Below are positions 56,689 to 64,000 of a DNA stretch of 64,000 nucleotides, one piece after another. Positions within the stretch are counted from its first letter, which is position 1; every line of letters starts with the position of its first letter. Location: the NCBI GenBank assembly GCA_965205165.1, contig OZ242037.1, positions 1,706,576 through 1,770,575 on the forward strand. Direction: 5' to 3'. Below the pieces are notes generated by a model, which was not told where the DNA came from, did no database searches, and worked only from the letters and a program-made list of their open reading frames with translations. The position numbers and the translations under genes were made by a program. Source of the DNA: Dehalococcoidia bacterium (lineage in GTDB: Bacteria > Chloroflexota > Dehalococcoidia > Bin125).

Positions 56689-57912
56689 TTACGGGGCGGT
56701 GATCGTCTCCGGGACGTCGTAGGTCCAGAGGAGGTTGATGAACCAGTAGGGGCAGCTGGCGTCGAGTTCCTGGCCGCTGATCTGCTGGTGGAGGTCGACT
56801 TGGTAGGCGATGCGGTTGTCGGCGGTGATGCGGCGCTGGCGGATGGTGGGGGTTTGGCTGAGGATGCCTCCGCCGCAGGAGGTGACGCCGATTGTGGCGC
56901 CGGAGTTGGGGGTGCCGCCGCCGCAGCCGAGGTCGGCCCAGCGGAGATAGAAGGAGTACATGTCGCGGCCGTTTCGCCGGCTGGCGACGCGCAAGCTGCC
57001 GTCGGGGTTGAGGGCGTAGCCGAAGGTGATGCCGGACTTGATCAGGTTGCAGTCGGCGTGGGGGCGGGGGATGTCGCGCGGGATGCGGTCGACCAGGACT
57101 CTGGAGGTGGTGCGGGTGGTTCGGGCGGTGCCGTCGCAGTCGTGGATGTCGGTGACTTGGATCACTTGGAACGAGTTCAGAGGGAGGCCGATTCTTTGGA
57201 CGTGGCGCTGGATGGGGCCGACGCAGGAGTCGGAGGCGGGTGGGTCGAACTTGAAGGTGAAGTCCTCCCAGACGTCGTTGTTGTCGTGTTGCTCGTTGAA
57301 GTAGGCGCCGGCGTGGAGGTAGACGGGGCCGCCGTGGCTGTCGGGGACGGAGAAGGAGATGGCGACGGGGTGCATGGCGGGGACGCGAAAGTCCCAGTGG
57401 ACTTCGCCGTTGGGCCAGTCGCCGTCGGTGGTTTGGTCGCGCCTGTTGTGGAGGCCGCTGGTGCGGCGGCCGGTGAAGGTGTCGGGGAGGGTGATGTAGG
57501 CGCCTTGGATCAGCTGGCCGCCGGATCCGGTGCCGGTGCGGAGTTCGAGGTACCAGCGGCCGCTGTAGGAGGCCCCCTCGGTGTAGTCGCTGCCGCGTGT
57601 TCCCCAGCGGAGTTGGTCGACGTTGTCGGGGCCGCAGTCTTCGATTTCCCAGTCCTTGAAGTTGAGGGTGATCGTGTTGGCGGCGGTTCTGGAGTAGGTG
57701 CCGGCGTCGGCCTCGATGTCGGTGTAGGCGGGGCAGATGGCGGTGCCGCCGACTTTGGCGTACCAGCGGCCGTAGGGGCTCATGTTCTGGGCGTCGACGG
57801 CGGCGGGGGCGAGGAGGAGCCAGCCGCCGAGGAGGAGGGCGAGTGTCAGCGCGAGCAGGGCAGCGCTGCGGAGGTCGGGGCGGCGGCGGTGGGCGGCGGC
57901 AGGGGCGGTCAT
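56689..57912 (-). CDS. Secreted two-domain protein (domain A + domain C), paralog of 55441..56658
   Basis: A 407-aa product with the same architecture. Domain C is about 85% identical to that of the 55441..56658 product. Confidence 0.65.
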   Translation of the reverse strand: MTAPAAAHRRRPDLRSAALLALTLALLLGGWLLLAPAAVDAQNMSPYGRWYAKVGGTAICPAYTDIEADAGTYSRTAANTITLNFKDWEIEDCGPDNVDQLRWGTRGSDYTEGASYSGRWYLELRTGTGSGGQLIQGAYITLPDTFTGRRTSGLHNRRDQTTDGDWPNGEVHWDFRVPAMHPVAISFSVPDSHGGPVYLHAGAYFNEQHDNNDVWEDFTFKFDPPASDSCVGPIQRHVQRIGLPLNSFQVIQVTDIHDCDGTARTTRTTSRVLVDRIPRDIPRPHADCNLIKSGITFGYALNPDGSLRVASRRNGRDMYSFYLRWADLGCGGGTPNSGATIGVTSCGGGILSQTPTIRQRRITADNRIAYQVDLHQQISGQELDASCPYWFINLLWTYDVPETITAP

Positions 57913-57998
57913 GGGCTGGTTCCTTTTCCGCGGGCATCGTATACGAGCGGTTGGCTCGGCGGTGGGGCGGGTGGGATCATGGGGAATTTCCGGGGCGG

Positions 57999-58712
57999 TC
58001 AGGTGCCGTTGATGGCGGCGTCCGGGTCGAAGGTGCGGATGTTCCAGGATTGGCGGAGGTCGCCGTCGGCGCATTCGCGGGTGATGGTGACGCGGACGTT
58101 GTAGACCATTTTCCAGTCGGAGCGGCGGACGGAGCGCCCGGTGATGACGCCGGTGCGTTCGGAGATGCGGCTGCAGCTGTTCCAGTGGCTGAAGTTGGCG
58201 CCGAGTCTGGCGCCGCAGGCGTCGACGACGGATTGGCCCCATTCGTACTGGGTTCGGCCGTTTCTGACGCGCTGTCCGCGGCGTTCCAAGTTCCAGCTGG
58301 CTTGGATGTAGCGGCAGGCGGGGGCTTCGACGAGGGCGATGGGGTCGGGGAGGTCGGTGGTCCAGAAGGTGCGGTTGTTGATGGTGTAGTTGCCGTTGCA
58401 GTCGTATCCCTCGCCGACGCGGAGGTGCCAGTTGACGCTGGCGGCCTGCATTTCGGCGAGGCTGTTCCAATGGCGGGTGAAGGCGCTGGCGGGGACGGTG
58501 CTGATCACGAAGACGCGGCGTTCGAGCAGGGTGTCGTCGCACCAAGCGGCGGGGGCGAGGCGGTCGACGGCGGCGGTTTGGGGGGCGCCGGCGGGCGGGC
58601 GGTCGGCGGCGGCGCCGGCGGAGGAGATGAGGGCGAGCGCGGCGATGGCTGCGAGCGCGGCGGCGGTCAGGGTCGCCGGGATGGAGCGGGCTTTGATGCC
58701 GTCTATGCGCAT
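57999..58712 (-). CDS. Secreted Cys-rich protein (distinct family)
   Basis: A 237-aa product with a signal peptide and eight Cys. No family was recognised. Confidence 0.5.
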   Translation of the reverse strand: MRIDGIKARSIPATLTAAALAAIAALALISSAGAAADRPPAGAPQTAAVDRLAPAAWCDDTLLERRVFVISTVPASAFTRHWNSLAEMQAASVNWHLRVGEGYDCNGNYTINNRTFWTTDLPDPIALVEAPACRYIQASWNLERRGQRVRNGRTQYEWGQSVVDACGARLGANFSHWNSCSRISERTGVITGRSVRRSDWKMVYNVRVTITRECADGDLRQSWNIRTFDPDAAINGT

Positions 58713-58833
58713 CTTGGAACCTCGCGGCCATGCACTGGGGGGTCAGGCACTGGCGATTTCGGGTCGGACGGGTGGAGCATATCGGAGCGGGGCGGGGGCG
58801 GGATCGGCCGTTATGGCGGGTGTTGGCGGCGGA

Positions 58834-59523
58834 TCAGCCGGGCGGATCTTGTTCGGGGACGTCGTCGGTCCAGAGGGTGTTGGTCAGCGTTTCGGGGCAA
58901 TCGTCGGCTGCGCCGCTGAGGCGGTGGGTGAGGCGGATTTCGTAGAGGACGCGGCTGCTGGCGTCGACGGCGCGGCGGAGGGTCTCGATCTGCTGGGATT
59001 CGAGGCCGCCGCCGCAGTAGGTTTCGGCGAGGATGTTGCCGTGGCTGGGGCCGTGGGTTGCGGAGTCGCCGCAGGTATCGGAGGGCCACTGGATGCGGAA
59101 GAAGTAGCGGGCGCCTTGGGCGGCCTGGGAGGTGAGGAGGTTGCCGAGGTTGTTGCGGTCGTAGGCCCAGTTGATGCCGGTTTTGACGAGGCGGCAGGAG
59201 GGTGCGGGGGTGGGGGCGATGTCGGGCGGGGGGCTGCCGGGAGCGCGGACGTAGAAGACGCGGTTGGTGCGGGCGGCTCCGTCGCAATCCCAGACGGAGG
59301 TTTCGAGCACGCCGATGGAGCGGACGCCGTTCTTGAGGTAATGGCCGATCACGTTGGAGGTGCGGGAGAGGGGGCCTTCGCAGCCGGGCAGGGAGCGCTG
59401 GGCGGTCTGCGGCGGGGCTGCGGCGCCGAGGGCGGGATTGGAGAAGGAGGCGGCTCCGGCGACGGCGATCAGGCCGGCGAGCGCTCCGAGGGCGGCCACT
59501 GCGGCGGCGAGGAGCTTGGCCAT
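58834..59523 (-). CDS. Secreted protein related to sub-domain C2
   Basis: A signal peptide is followed by a C-terminal 'YCGGGLESQQIETLRRAVDASSRVLYEIRLTHRLSGAADDCPETLTNTLWTDDVPE', comparable with 'CGGGILSQTP...CPYWFINLLWTY.VPE'. Confidence 0.55.
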   Translation of the reverse strand: MAKLLAAAVAALGALAGLIAVAGAASFSNPALGAAAPPQTAQRSLPGCEGPLSRTSNVIGHYLKNGVRSIGVLETSVWDCDGAARTNRVFYVRAPGSPPPDIAPTPAPSCRLVKTGINWAYDRNNLGNLLTSQAAQGARYFFRIQWPSDTCGDSATHGPSHGNILAETYCGGGLESQQIETLRRAVDASSRVLYEIRLTHRLSGAADDCPETLTNTLWTDDVPEQDPPG

Positions 59524-59593
59524 GCGGCTTCCTTTCGCACGGGCCCTCGGCAGGGGCTCTCAGCGGCAGCCTAGCGGGGCCCGGGCGCGCGGG

Positions 59594-59935
59594 TCAGATG
59601 AGGCCGGTGGTTTCGATCCAGCGGGAGCGGGTGGTGTAGGAGCGGGAGCGGATGGTGATGGTGGTGCCGGGGACGTCTTCGCGCCAGGTGCAGGTGTAGT
59701 GGTAGGTGCGCTCGATGGTTTGGGTTCGGCGGGTGCCGCTGGTGCCTTGGGCGACGACGCGGTCGGTTTGGGAGACCAGCGAGCAGGTCTCGTCTTCGCG
59801 GGGGTTGTCGTCGGATTGGGCGGAGGCGGACGGGGAGAGGGCGGCCGAGGCGGCGATGACGAGGGCGGCGACGGCGATTGCGGCGACTGCGGGGAGGATG
59901 ATCGCGGGGAGTCGGCGGGTGCGGAGAGCGGTCAT
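59594..59935 (-). CDS. Short secreted Cys-pair protein (family S'')
   Basis: A 113-aa product with a signal peptide and 'ETCSLVSQTDRVVAQGTSGTRRTQTIERTYHYTCTW...WIETTGLI'. Confidence 0.55.
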   Translation of the reverse strand: MTALRTRRLPAIILPAVAAIAVAALVIAASAALSPSASAQSDDNPREDETCSLVSQTDRVVAQGTSGTRRTQTIERTYHYTCTWREDVPGTTITIRSRSYTTRSRWIETTGLI

Positions 59936-59991
59936 GGCGGCCTCCTTCGGCGTTCGGGTTTGCGGGGGCAAGCCTACGCGGTTGGGCGGGG

Positions 59992-60303
59992 TCAGATGAG
60001 GCCGGTGGTTTCGGTCCAGCGGGTGCGGATGGAGTAGGAGCGGACGGTGTAGGTGGGGTATCGCTGGCCGGGTTCGTCGTGGCGCAGGCTGCAGAGGTAC
60101 GTGGTGGTGCGTTCGATGGTTTGGGTTCGGCGGGTGCCGCTGGTGCCTTGGGAGATGACGCGGTCGGTTTCGCGGAAGAGGATGCAGGTTTCGCCTTCGC
60201 GGGGGCCGTTGTCGGATTGAGCGGAGGCGTTGGGTGAGAGTGCGGTCCAAGCGGCGATGACGAGGACGGCGGCGGCGATTGAGGCGATGGCGGTGTTCTT
60301 CAT
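59992..60303 (-). CDS. Short secreted Cys-pair protein (family S''), paralog of 59594..59935
   Basis: 'ETCILFRETDRVISQGTSGTRRTQTIERTTTYLCS...WTETTGLI' is about 70% identical to the 59594..59935 product. A GGAGGA RBS precedes the ATG at 60303. Confidence 0.55.
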   Translation of the reverse strand: MKNTAIASIAAAVLVIAAWTALSPNASAQSDNGPREGETCILFRETDRVISQGTSGTRRTQTIERTTTYLCSLRHDEPGQRYPTYTVRSYSIRTRWTETTGLI

Positions 60304-60354
60304 GGCGGCATCCTCCGATGTTCGACGGGGCAAGCCTACGCCGATCGGGGCGGG

Positions 60355-62616
60355 CTATGTGGACATTATCTCTTCGAGGCTCTTTTTGAAGGCGTCGACG
60401 GCGTCTAAGAGGGGGATGTCGATGAGGGGGGCGTCGGGGGCGTTTTGGATGATGATGCGGTCGCCGCCGACGACGCCGATTTGGGCGGCGGGGACGTCGT
60501 ATGCGGCGGCGATGGCGAGGAGGGCGCGGAGGTTGGCGAGGGGGGCGCTGACGATGGCGGTGGCGGGGGGTTCGCCGAAGAGGGCGGCGTCGAGGCGGCC
60601 TTGGCCGTGGATGGCGCGGACGCCGATTTGGCCGGCGATGGCGGATTCGGCGAGGGCGACGGCGAAGCCGCCGTCGCTGACGTCGTGGGCGGAGTGGAGG
60701 AGGTTGGCTTCGGCGGCGTGGGCGAGGCAGTCGACGAGGTTTTTTTCGGCTTGGAGGTCTACGTTGACGGGGCCGGCTTCGAGGCCGTGGGCGAGGTGGA
60801 GGTATTCGCTCGCGCCGAGGGTCGAGGCGGGGACGGCGGGTGGGCCGAGGAGGATGACGCGGTCGCCGTCTTGTTGGAAGGCGCTGCGGACGGCTTGTCG
60901 GACGTCGGCGAGGATGCCGAGCATGCCGATGACGGGGGTGGGGGTGACGGGGCCGAGGTCGGATTCGTTGTAGAGGGAGGCGTTGCCGGAGACGACGGGG
61001 GCGTCGAGTGCGCGGCAGGCGTCGGCGATGCCTTGGACGGCTTGGCTGAGCTGGTGGTAGGCGTGGGGGCGTTCGGGGTTGGCGAAGTTGAGGCAGTCGG
61101 TGACGGCGACGGGGCGGGCGCCGGAGCAGGCGACGTTGCGGGCGGCTTCGGCGACGGCGCGGGCGGCGCCGTTGCGGGGGGAGAGTTCGACGGCGCGGCC
61201 GGGGCCGTCGGTGCAGAGTGCGAGGCCGTGCTGGATGCCGCGGATGCGGATGACGGCGGCGTCGGAGCCGGGGGTGACGACGGTGTTTGTGCCGACTTGG
61301 TGGTCGTATTGGCGCCAGATCCAGCGGCGTGAGGCGATGTTGGGGGAGGCGAGCATTCGGAGGAGGGCTGCCGGGGCGTCGGTGGGTTCGAGGTCGGGGA
61401 GCGATGCGGGGTCGAATTGGGCGCGCTCGGTTGCGGAGGGGTCGGGGAAGGCTTCGGGCTCGTATTGGGGCGGGTCGGTGAGGACGGCGACTGGTGCGGC
61501 GGCGACTTCGGCGTCGCCGTCGAAGACGCGGGCGGCGCCGTCGCCGGTGGTTTCGCCGATGGGGGTGCAGTCGAGTTCGAATTCGGCGAACCAGTTGGCG
61601 ACGTCTTGGGCGTGCTGGGGTTTGACGGAGACGATCATGCGCTCTTGGGATTCGGAGAGCATGACTTCGTATGGGGTCATGGCGCGTTCGCGGCGTGGGA
61701 CGCGGTCGGCGTGGATGCGGAGGCCGGCGTCGGCGCGCTGGGCCATTTCGACGGCGGCGCTGGTGATGCCGGCCGCGCCGCAGTCTTGGAGTCCTTCGAT
61801 CCAATCGGGGTGTTCTTGGACGAGGGAGATGCAGGCTTCCATGAGGAGTTTTTCGAGGAAGGGGTTGCCGACTTGGACGGCTGGTCGGCGGTCGGCGGCG
61901 TCTTGGTCGAGTTCGACGCTGGCGAAGGTGGCGCCGTGGAGGCCGTCGCGGCCGGTGTCGGCGCCGACGAGCATGAGGATGCTGCCCGGGGGGCCGGCGG
62001 TGGCGCTGACGAGGGAGCCGGCGGGAGCGATGCCGAGGCACATGGCGTTGACGAGGGGGTTGCCGGAGTAGGAGGGGGCGAAGGCGACTTCGCCGCCGAC
62101 GGTGGGGATGCCGAGGCAATTGCCGTAGCCGCCGATGCCGGCGACGACGCCCTCGAAGAGGCGTTGGTTGCGGGGCTGGTCGAGGGGGCCGAAGCGGAGG
62201 GAGTCGAGGAGTGCGACGGGGCGCGCGCCCATGGCGATGATGTCGCGGACGATGCCGCCGACGCCGGTGGCTGCGCCCTCGCAGGGCTCGATGGCGCTGG
62301 GGTGGTTGTGGGATTCGATTTTCATGACGGCGACGAAGCCGCCGCCGATGTCGATTGCGCCGGCGTTTTCGCCGCCGAGTCGGGTGAGGACGCGGCCGCC
62401 GCCATCGCCGGCGTCGGCGAAGTGGCGGAAGAGGGGGCGGGAGTGCTTGTAGCCGCAGTGCTCGCTCCAGAGTGCGGCGATCATGCCGAGTTCGACTTCT
62501 GTGGGGTTGCGGCCGAGCATGTTGCGGGCGCGGTCGTACTCGTCGCGGGAGAGGGCGATTTGGGCGAGCAGGTCGTCGCCGGCGATGGGGGGATCGGCGG
62601 GTGGATTTGGGGGCAT
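60355..62616 (-). CDS. purL: Phosphoribosylformylglycinamidine synthase subunit PurL
   Basis: A 753-aa product starting 'MPPNPP...' with typical PurL motifs and FGAM-synthase domain order. The upstream part of the ORF is GC-bias read-through. Confidence 0.9.
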   Translation of the reverse strand: MPPNPPADPPIAGDDLLAQIALSRDEYDRARNMLGRNPTEVELGMIAALWSEHCGYKHSRPLFRHFADAGDGGGRVLTRLGGENAGAIDIGGGFVAVMKIESHNHPSAIEPCEGAATGVGGIVRDIIAMGARPVALLDSLRFGPLDQPRNQRLFEGVVAGIGGYGNCLGIPTVGGEVAFAPSYSGNPLVNAMCLGIAPAGSLVSATAGPPGSILMLVGADTGRDGLHGATFASVELDQDAADRRPAVQVGNPFLEKLLMEACISLVQEHPDWIEGLQDCGAAGITSAAVEMAQRADAGLRIHADRVPRRERAMTPYEVMLSESQERMIVSVKPQHAQDVANWFAEFELDCTPIGETTGDGAARVFDGDAEVAAAPVAVLTDPPQYEPEAFPDPSATERAQFDPASLPDLEPTDAPAALLRMLASPNIASRRWIWRQYDHQVGTNTVVTPGSDAAVIRIRGIQHGLALCTDGPGRAVELSPRNGAARAVAEAARNVACSGARPVAVTDCLNFANPERPHAYHQLSQAVQGIADACRALDAPVVSGNASLYNESDLGPVTPTPVIGMLGILADVRQAVRSAFQQDGDRVILLGPPAVPASTLGASEYLHLAHGLEAGPVNVDLQAEKNLVDCLAHAAEANLLHSAHDVSDGGFAVALAESAIAGQIGVRAIHGQGRLDAALFGEPPATAIVSAPLANLRALLAIAAAYDVPAAQIGVVGGDRIIIQNAPDAPLIDIPLLDAVDAFKKSLEEIMST

Positions 62617-62618
62617 TG

Positions 62619-63305
62619 TCAGGCCCAACGCTGGATGATGGAGCGCCAGATGAGGTTGCCGTCGTCGCCGCCGAGGAGTGGGTCGGAGGCGCGTTCGGGG
62701 TGGGGCATCATGCCGAGGATGTTGCCTGAGTCGTTGAGGATGCCGGCGATGTGGTTGGCGGAGCCGTTGGGGTTGGCGGCGTCGGCGAGTTCGCCGCCGG
62801 GGGTTGAGTAGCGGAAGAGGATGCGGCCCTGGTCTTCGAGGCGCTGGAGGGTTTCGTGGTCGGCGTGGTAGTTGCCTTCGCCGTGGGAGATGGGGAGTTG
62901 GAGGACTTGGCCGGGTCGGCAGGCGGAGGTGAAGCCGGAGTCGGCGGATTCGACGCGGAGGTGCTGGGGCTGGCAGCGGAATTTGAGGGAGCGGTTGCGG
63001 AGGAGGGCGCCTGGGAGGAGGCCCGCTTCGCAGAGGATTTGGAAGCCGTTGCAGGAGCCGAAGACGGGGCGTCCGGAGGCGGCGAAGCGTTCGAGCGCGG
63101 ACATGACGGGTGCGAAGCGGGCGATTGCGCCGCAGCGGAGGTGGTCGCCGTAGGAGAAGCCGCCCGGGATGATGACGGCGTCGAAGCCGTCGAGGGAGGG
63201 TTGGCGATGGGGGACGCGCTCGGCGTGCTGGCCGAGATCGGAGAGGGCGTGGATGCAGTCCCAGTCGGACCAAGTGCCGGGGAAGGCGAGGACGGCGAAG
63301 CGCAT
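62619..63305 (-). CDS. purQ: Phosphoribosylformylglycinamidine synthase glutaminase subunit PurQ
   Basis: A class-I glutamine amidotransferase with the catalytic Cys in 'PVFGSCNGFQIL' and 'MMPHPER'. It is immediately upstream of and coupled to purL. Confidence 0.9.
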   Translation of the reverse strand: MRFAVLAFPGTWSDWDCIHALSDLGQHAERVPHRQPSLDGFDAVIIPGGFSYGDHLRCGAIARFAPVMSALERFAASGRPVFGSCNGFQILCEAGLLPGALLRNRSLKFRCQPQHLRVESADSGFTSACRPGQVLQLPISHGEGNYHADHETLQRLEDQGRILFRYSTPGGELADAANPNGSANHIAGILNDSGNILGMMPHPERASDPLLGGDDGNLIWRSIIQRWA

Positions 63306-64000
63306 CAGGAGGGTCCTTGGGGCGGGGTTGGCGCGGGTGCGGGTGCTGGTGCGGGGCGGCGATGGTAGAGGCGGGCGAAGGATTCCTTGAAGGAGATGGA
63401 GATGTCGGCGAGGTCGCGGAGGGAGAGGGAGCAGGATTGGAGCTGGCCTTCGTCGATGCGCTCTTCGATGACGCGGTCGACGAGGAGTTCGATGGTTTCG
63501 CGGTCGCGGTCGGGGCTGCTGCGGATGACGGATTCGCAGGAGTCGGCGAGCATGACGATGGCGGTTTCCCTGGTGTGTGGCTTGGGGCCGGGGTAGGAGA
63601 ACATGGCGGGGTCGACGTTGGGGTCGGAGATGGCGGCGCGGCGGTAGAAGTAGTTGACGCGGCGGGTGCCGTGGTGTTCGGCGATGAAGGCGCGGACGGG
63701 GTCGGGGAGGCCGGCTTGGCGGGCGAGTTCGGCGCCGGCGTGGACGTGGGAGATGATTTCGCGGGCGCTTTCGCGGGGGGAGAGGGCGGCGTGGGGGGAG
63801 TCGCCGGGGCCGCGGTTTTCGGCGTGCATGCGGGGGTTGGCGAGCTTGCCGACGTCGTGGTAGTAGGCGCCGACGCGGCAGAGGAGGGAGTCTGCGCCGA
63901 TGCGTGCGGCGGCGCGCTCGGCGAGGAGTGCGACGGCGGCGGAGTGGGCGAAGGTGCCGGGTGTTTCGCGCTGGAGGCGCTGGAGGAGGGGCTGGTCGGG
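63305..64000 (-). CDS. HD/HDIG-domain phosphohydrolase, C-terminal part (5' end beyond window)
   Basis: The frame is open to the window edge. The minus-strand translation contains '...VGAYYHDVGKLANPRMHAENR...HHGTRRVNYFY...MLADSCESV', which are HD-domain motifs. A PAPAPAP tail follows. Confidence 0.7.
   Translation of the reverse strand, partial: PDQPLLQRLQRETPGTFAHSAAVALLAERAAARIGADSLLCRVGAYYHDVGKLANPRMHAENRGPGDSPHAALSPRESAREIISHVHAGAELARQAGLPDPVRAFIAEHHGTRRVNYFYRRAAISDPNVDPAMFSYPGPKPHTRETAIVMLADSCESVIRSSPDRDRETIELLVDRVIEERIDEGQLQSCSLSLRDLADISISFKESFARLYHRRPAPAPAPAPTPPQGPS

Overview
This is a high-GC (~70%) bacterial chromosomal window with GGAGG-type ribosome-binding sites, F420/LLM oxidoreductases and many CaiB-type CoA-transferase and enoyl-CoA hydratase genes, consistent with an actinobacterial or Thermomicrobia/Chloroflexi-like host. 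Unlisted long ORFs on the six-frame track are treated as GC-bias artefacts; the clearest cases are under noticed_but_rejected.

The left ~22 kb is a patchwork of core metabolic genes and lower-GC inserts that look like defence or toxin cargo:
- An AAA ATPase (843..2222) is paired with a small PIN-like partner (2224..2709).
- A stand-alone HsdR-N-like PD-(D/E)xK gene (5211..6323) sits inside a CoA-metabolism operon.
- A four-gene operon (8371..13113) encodes a PAPS-reductase-like PP-loop enzyme, an SF2 DEAH helicase, a GHKL/MORC-like ATPase and a PLD (HKD) nuclease.
- A DNA methyltransferase-HNH fusion (15552..17207) is translationally coupled to a protein with a C-terminal HEPN-like R-x4-H motif (17204..18517).
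- A Fic protein and a VapC-type PIN toxin with an upstream partner complete this set.

The middle carries a canonical Pho module (response regulator, histidine kinase, pstSCAB, phoU), tandem ABC ATPases, a duplicated small-protein pair, an alpha/beta-hydrolase-adenylyl-cyclase fusion, an NYN nuclease and two paralogous polytopic membrane proteins.

The right ~13 kb (47.6..60.3 kb, all on the minus strand) is an array of at least 18 signal-peptide-bearing, Cys-containing secreted proteins. They are built from a few shuffled domains and include eight ~100-120 aa short Cys-pair proteins. The array ends at purL/purQ and a partial HDIG gene.

No rRNA, tRNA, CRISPR array, transposase or integrase was recognised. 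The most interesting candidates are the PP-loop/helicase/GHKL/PLD operon, a restriction-like module with a non-methylase modification enzyme, and the mosaic secreted-protein array.
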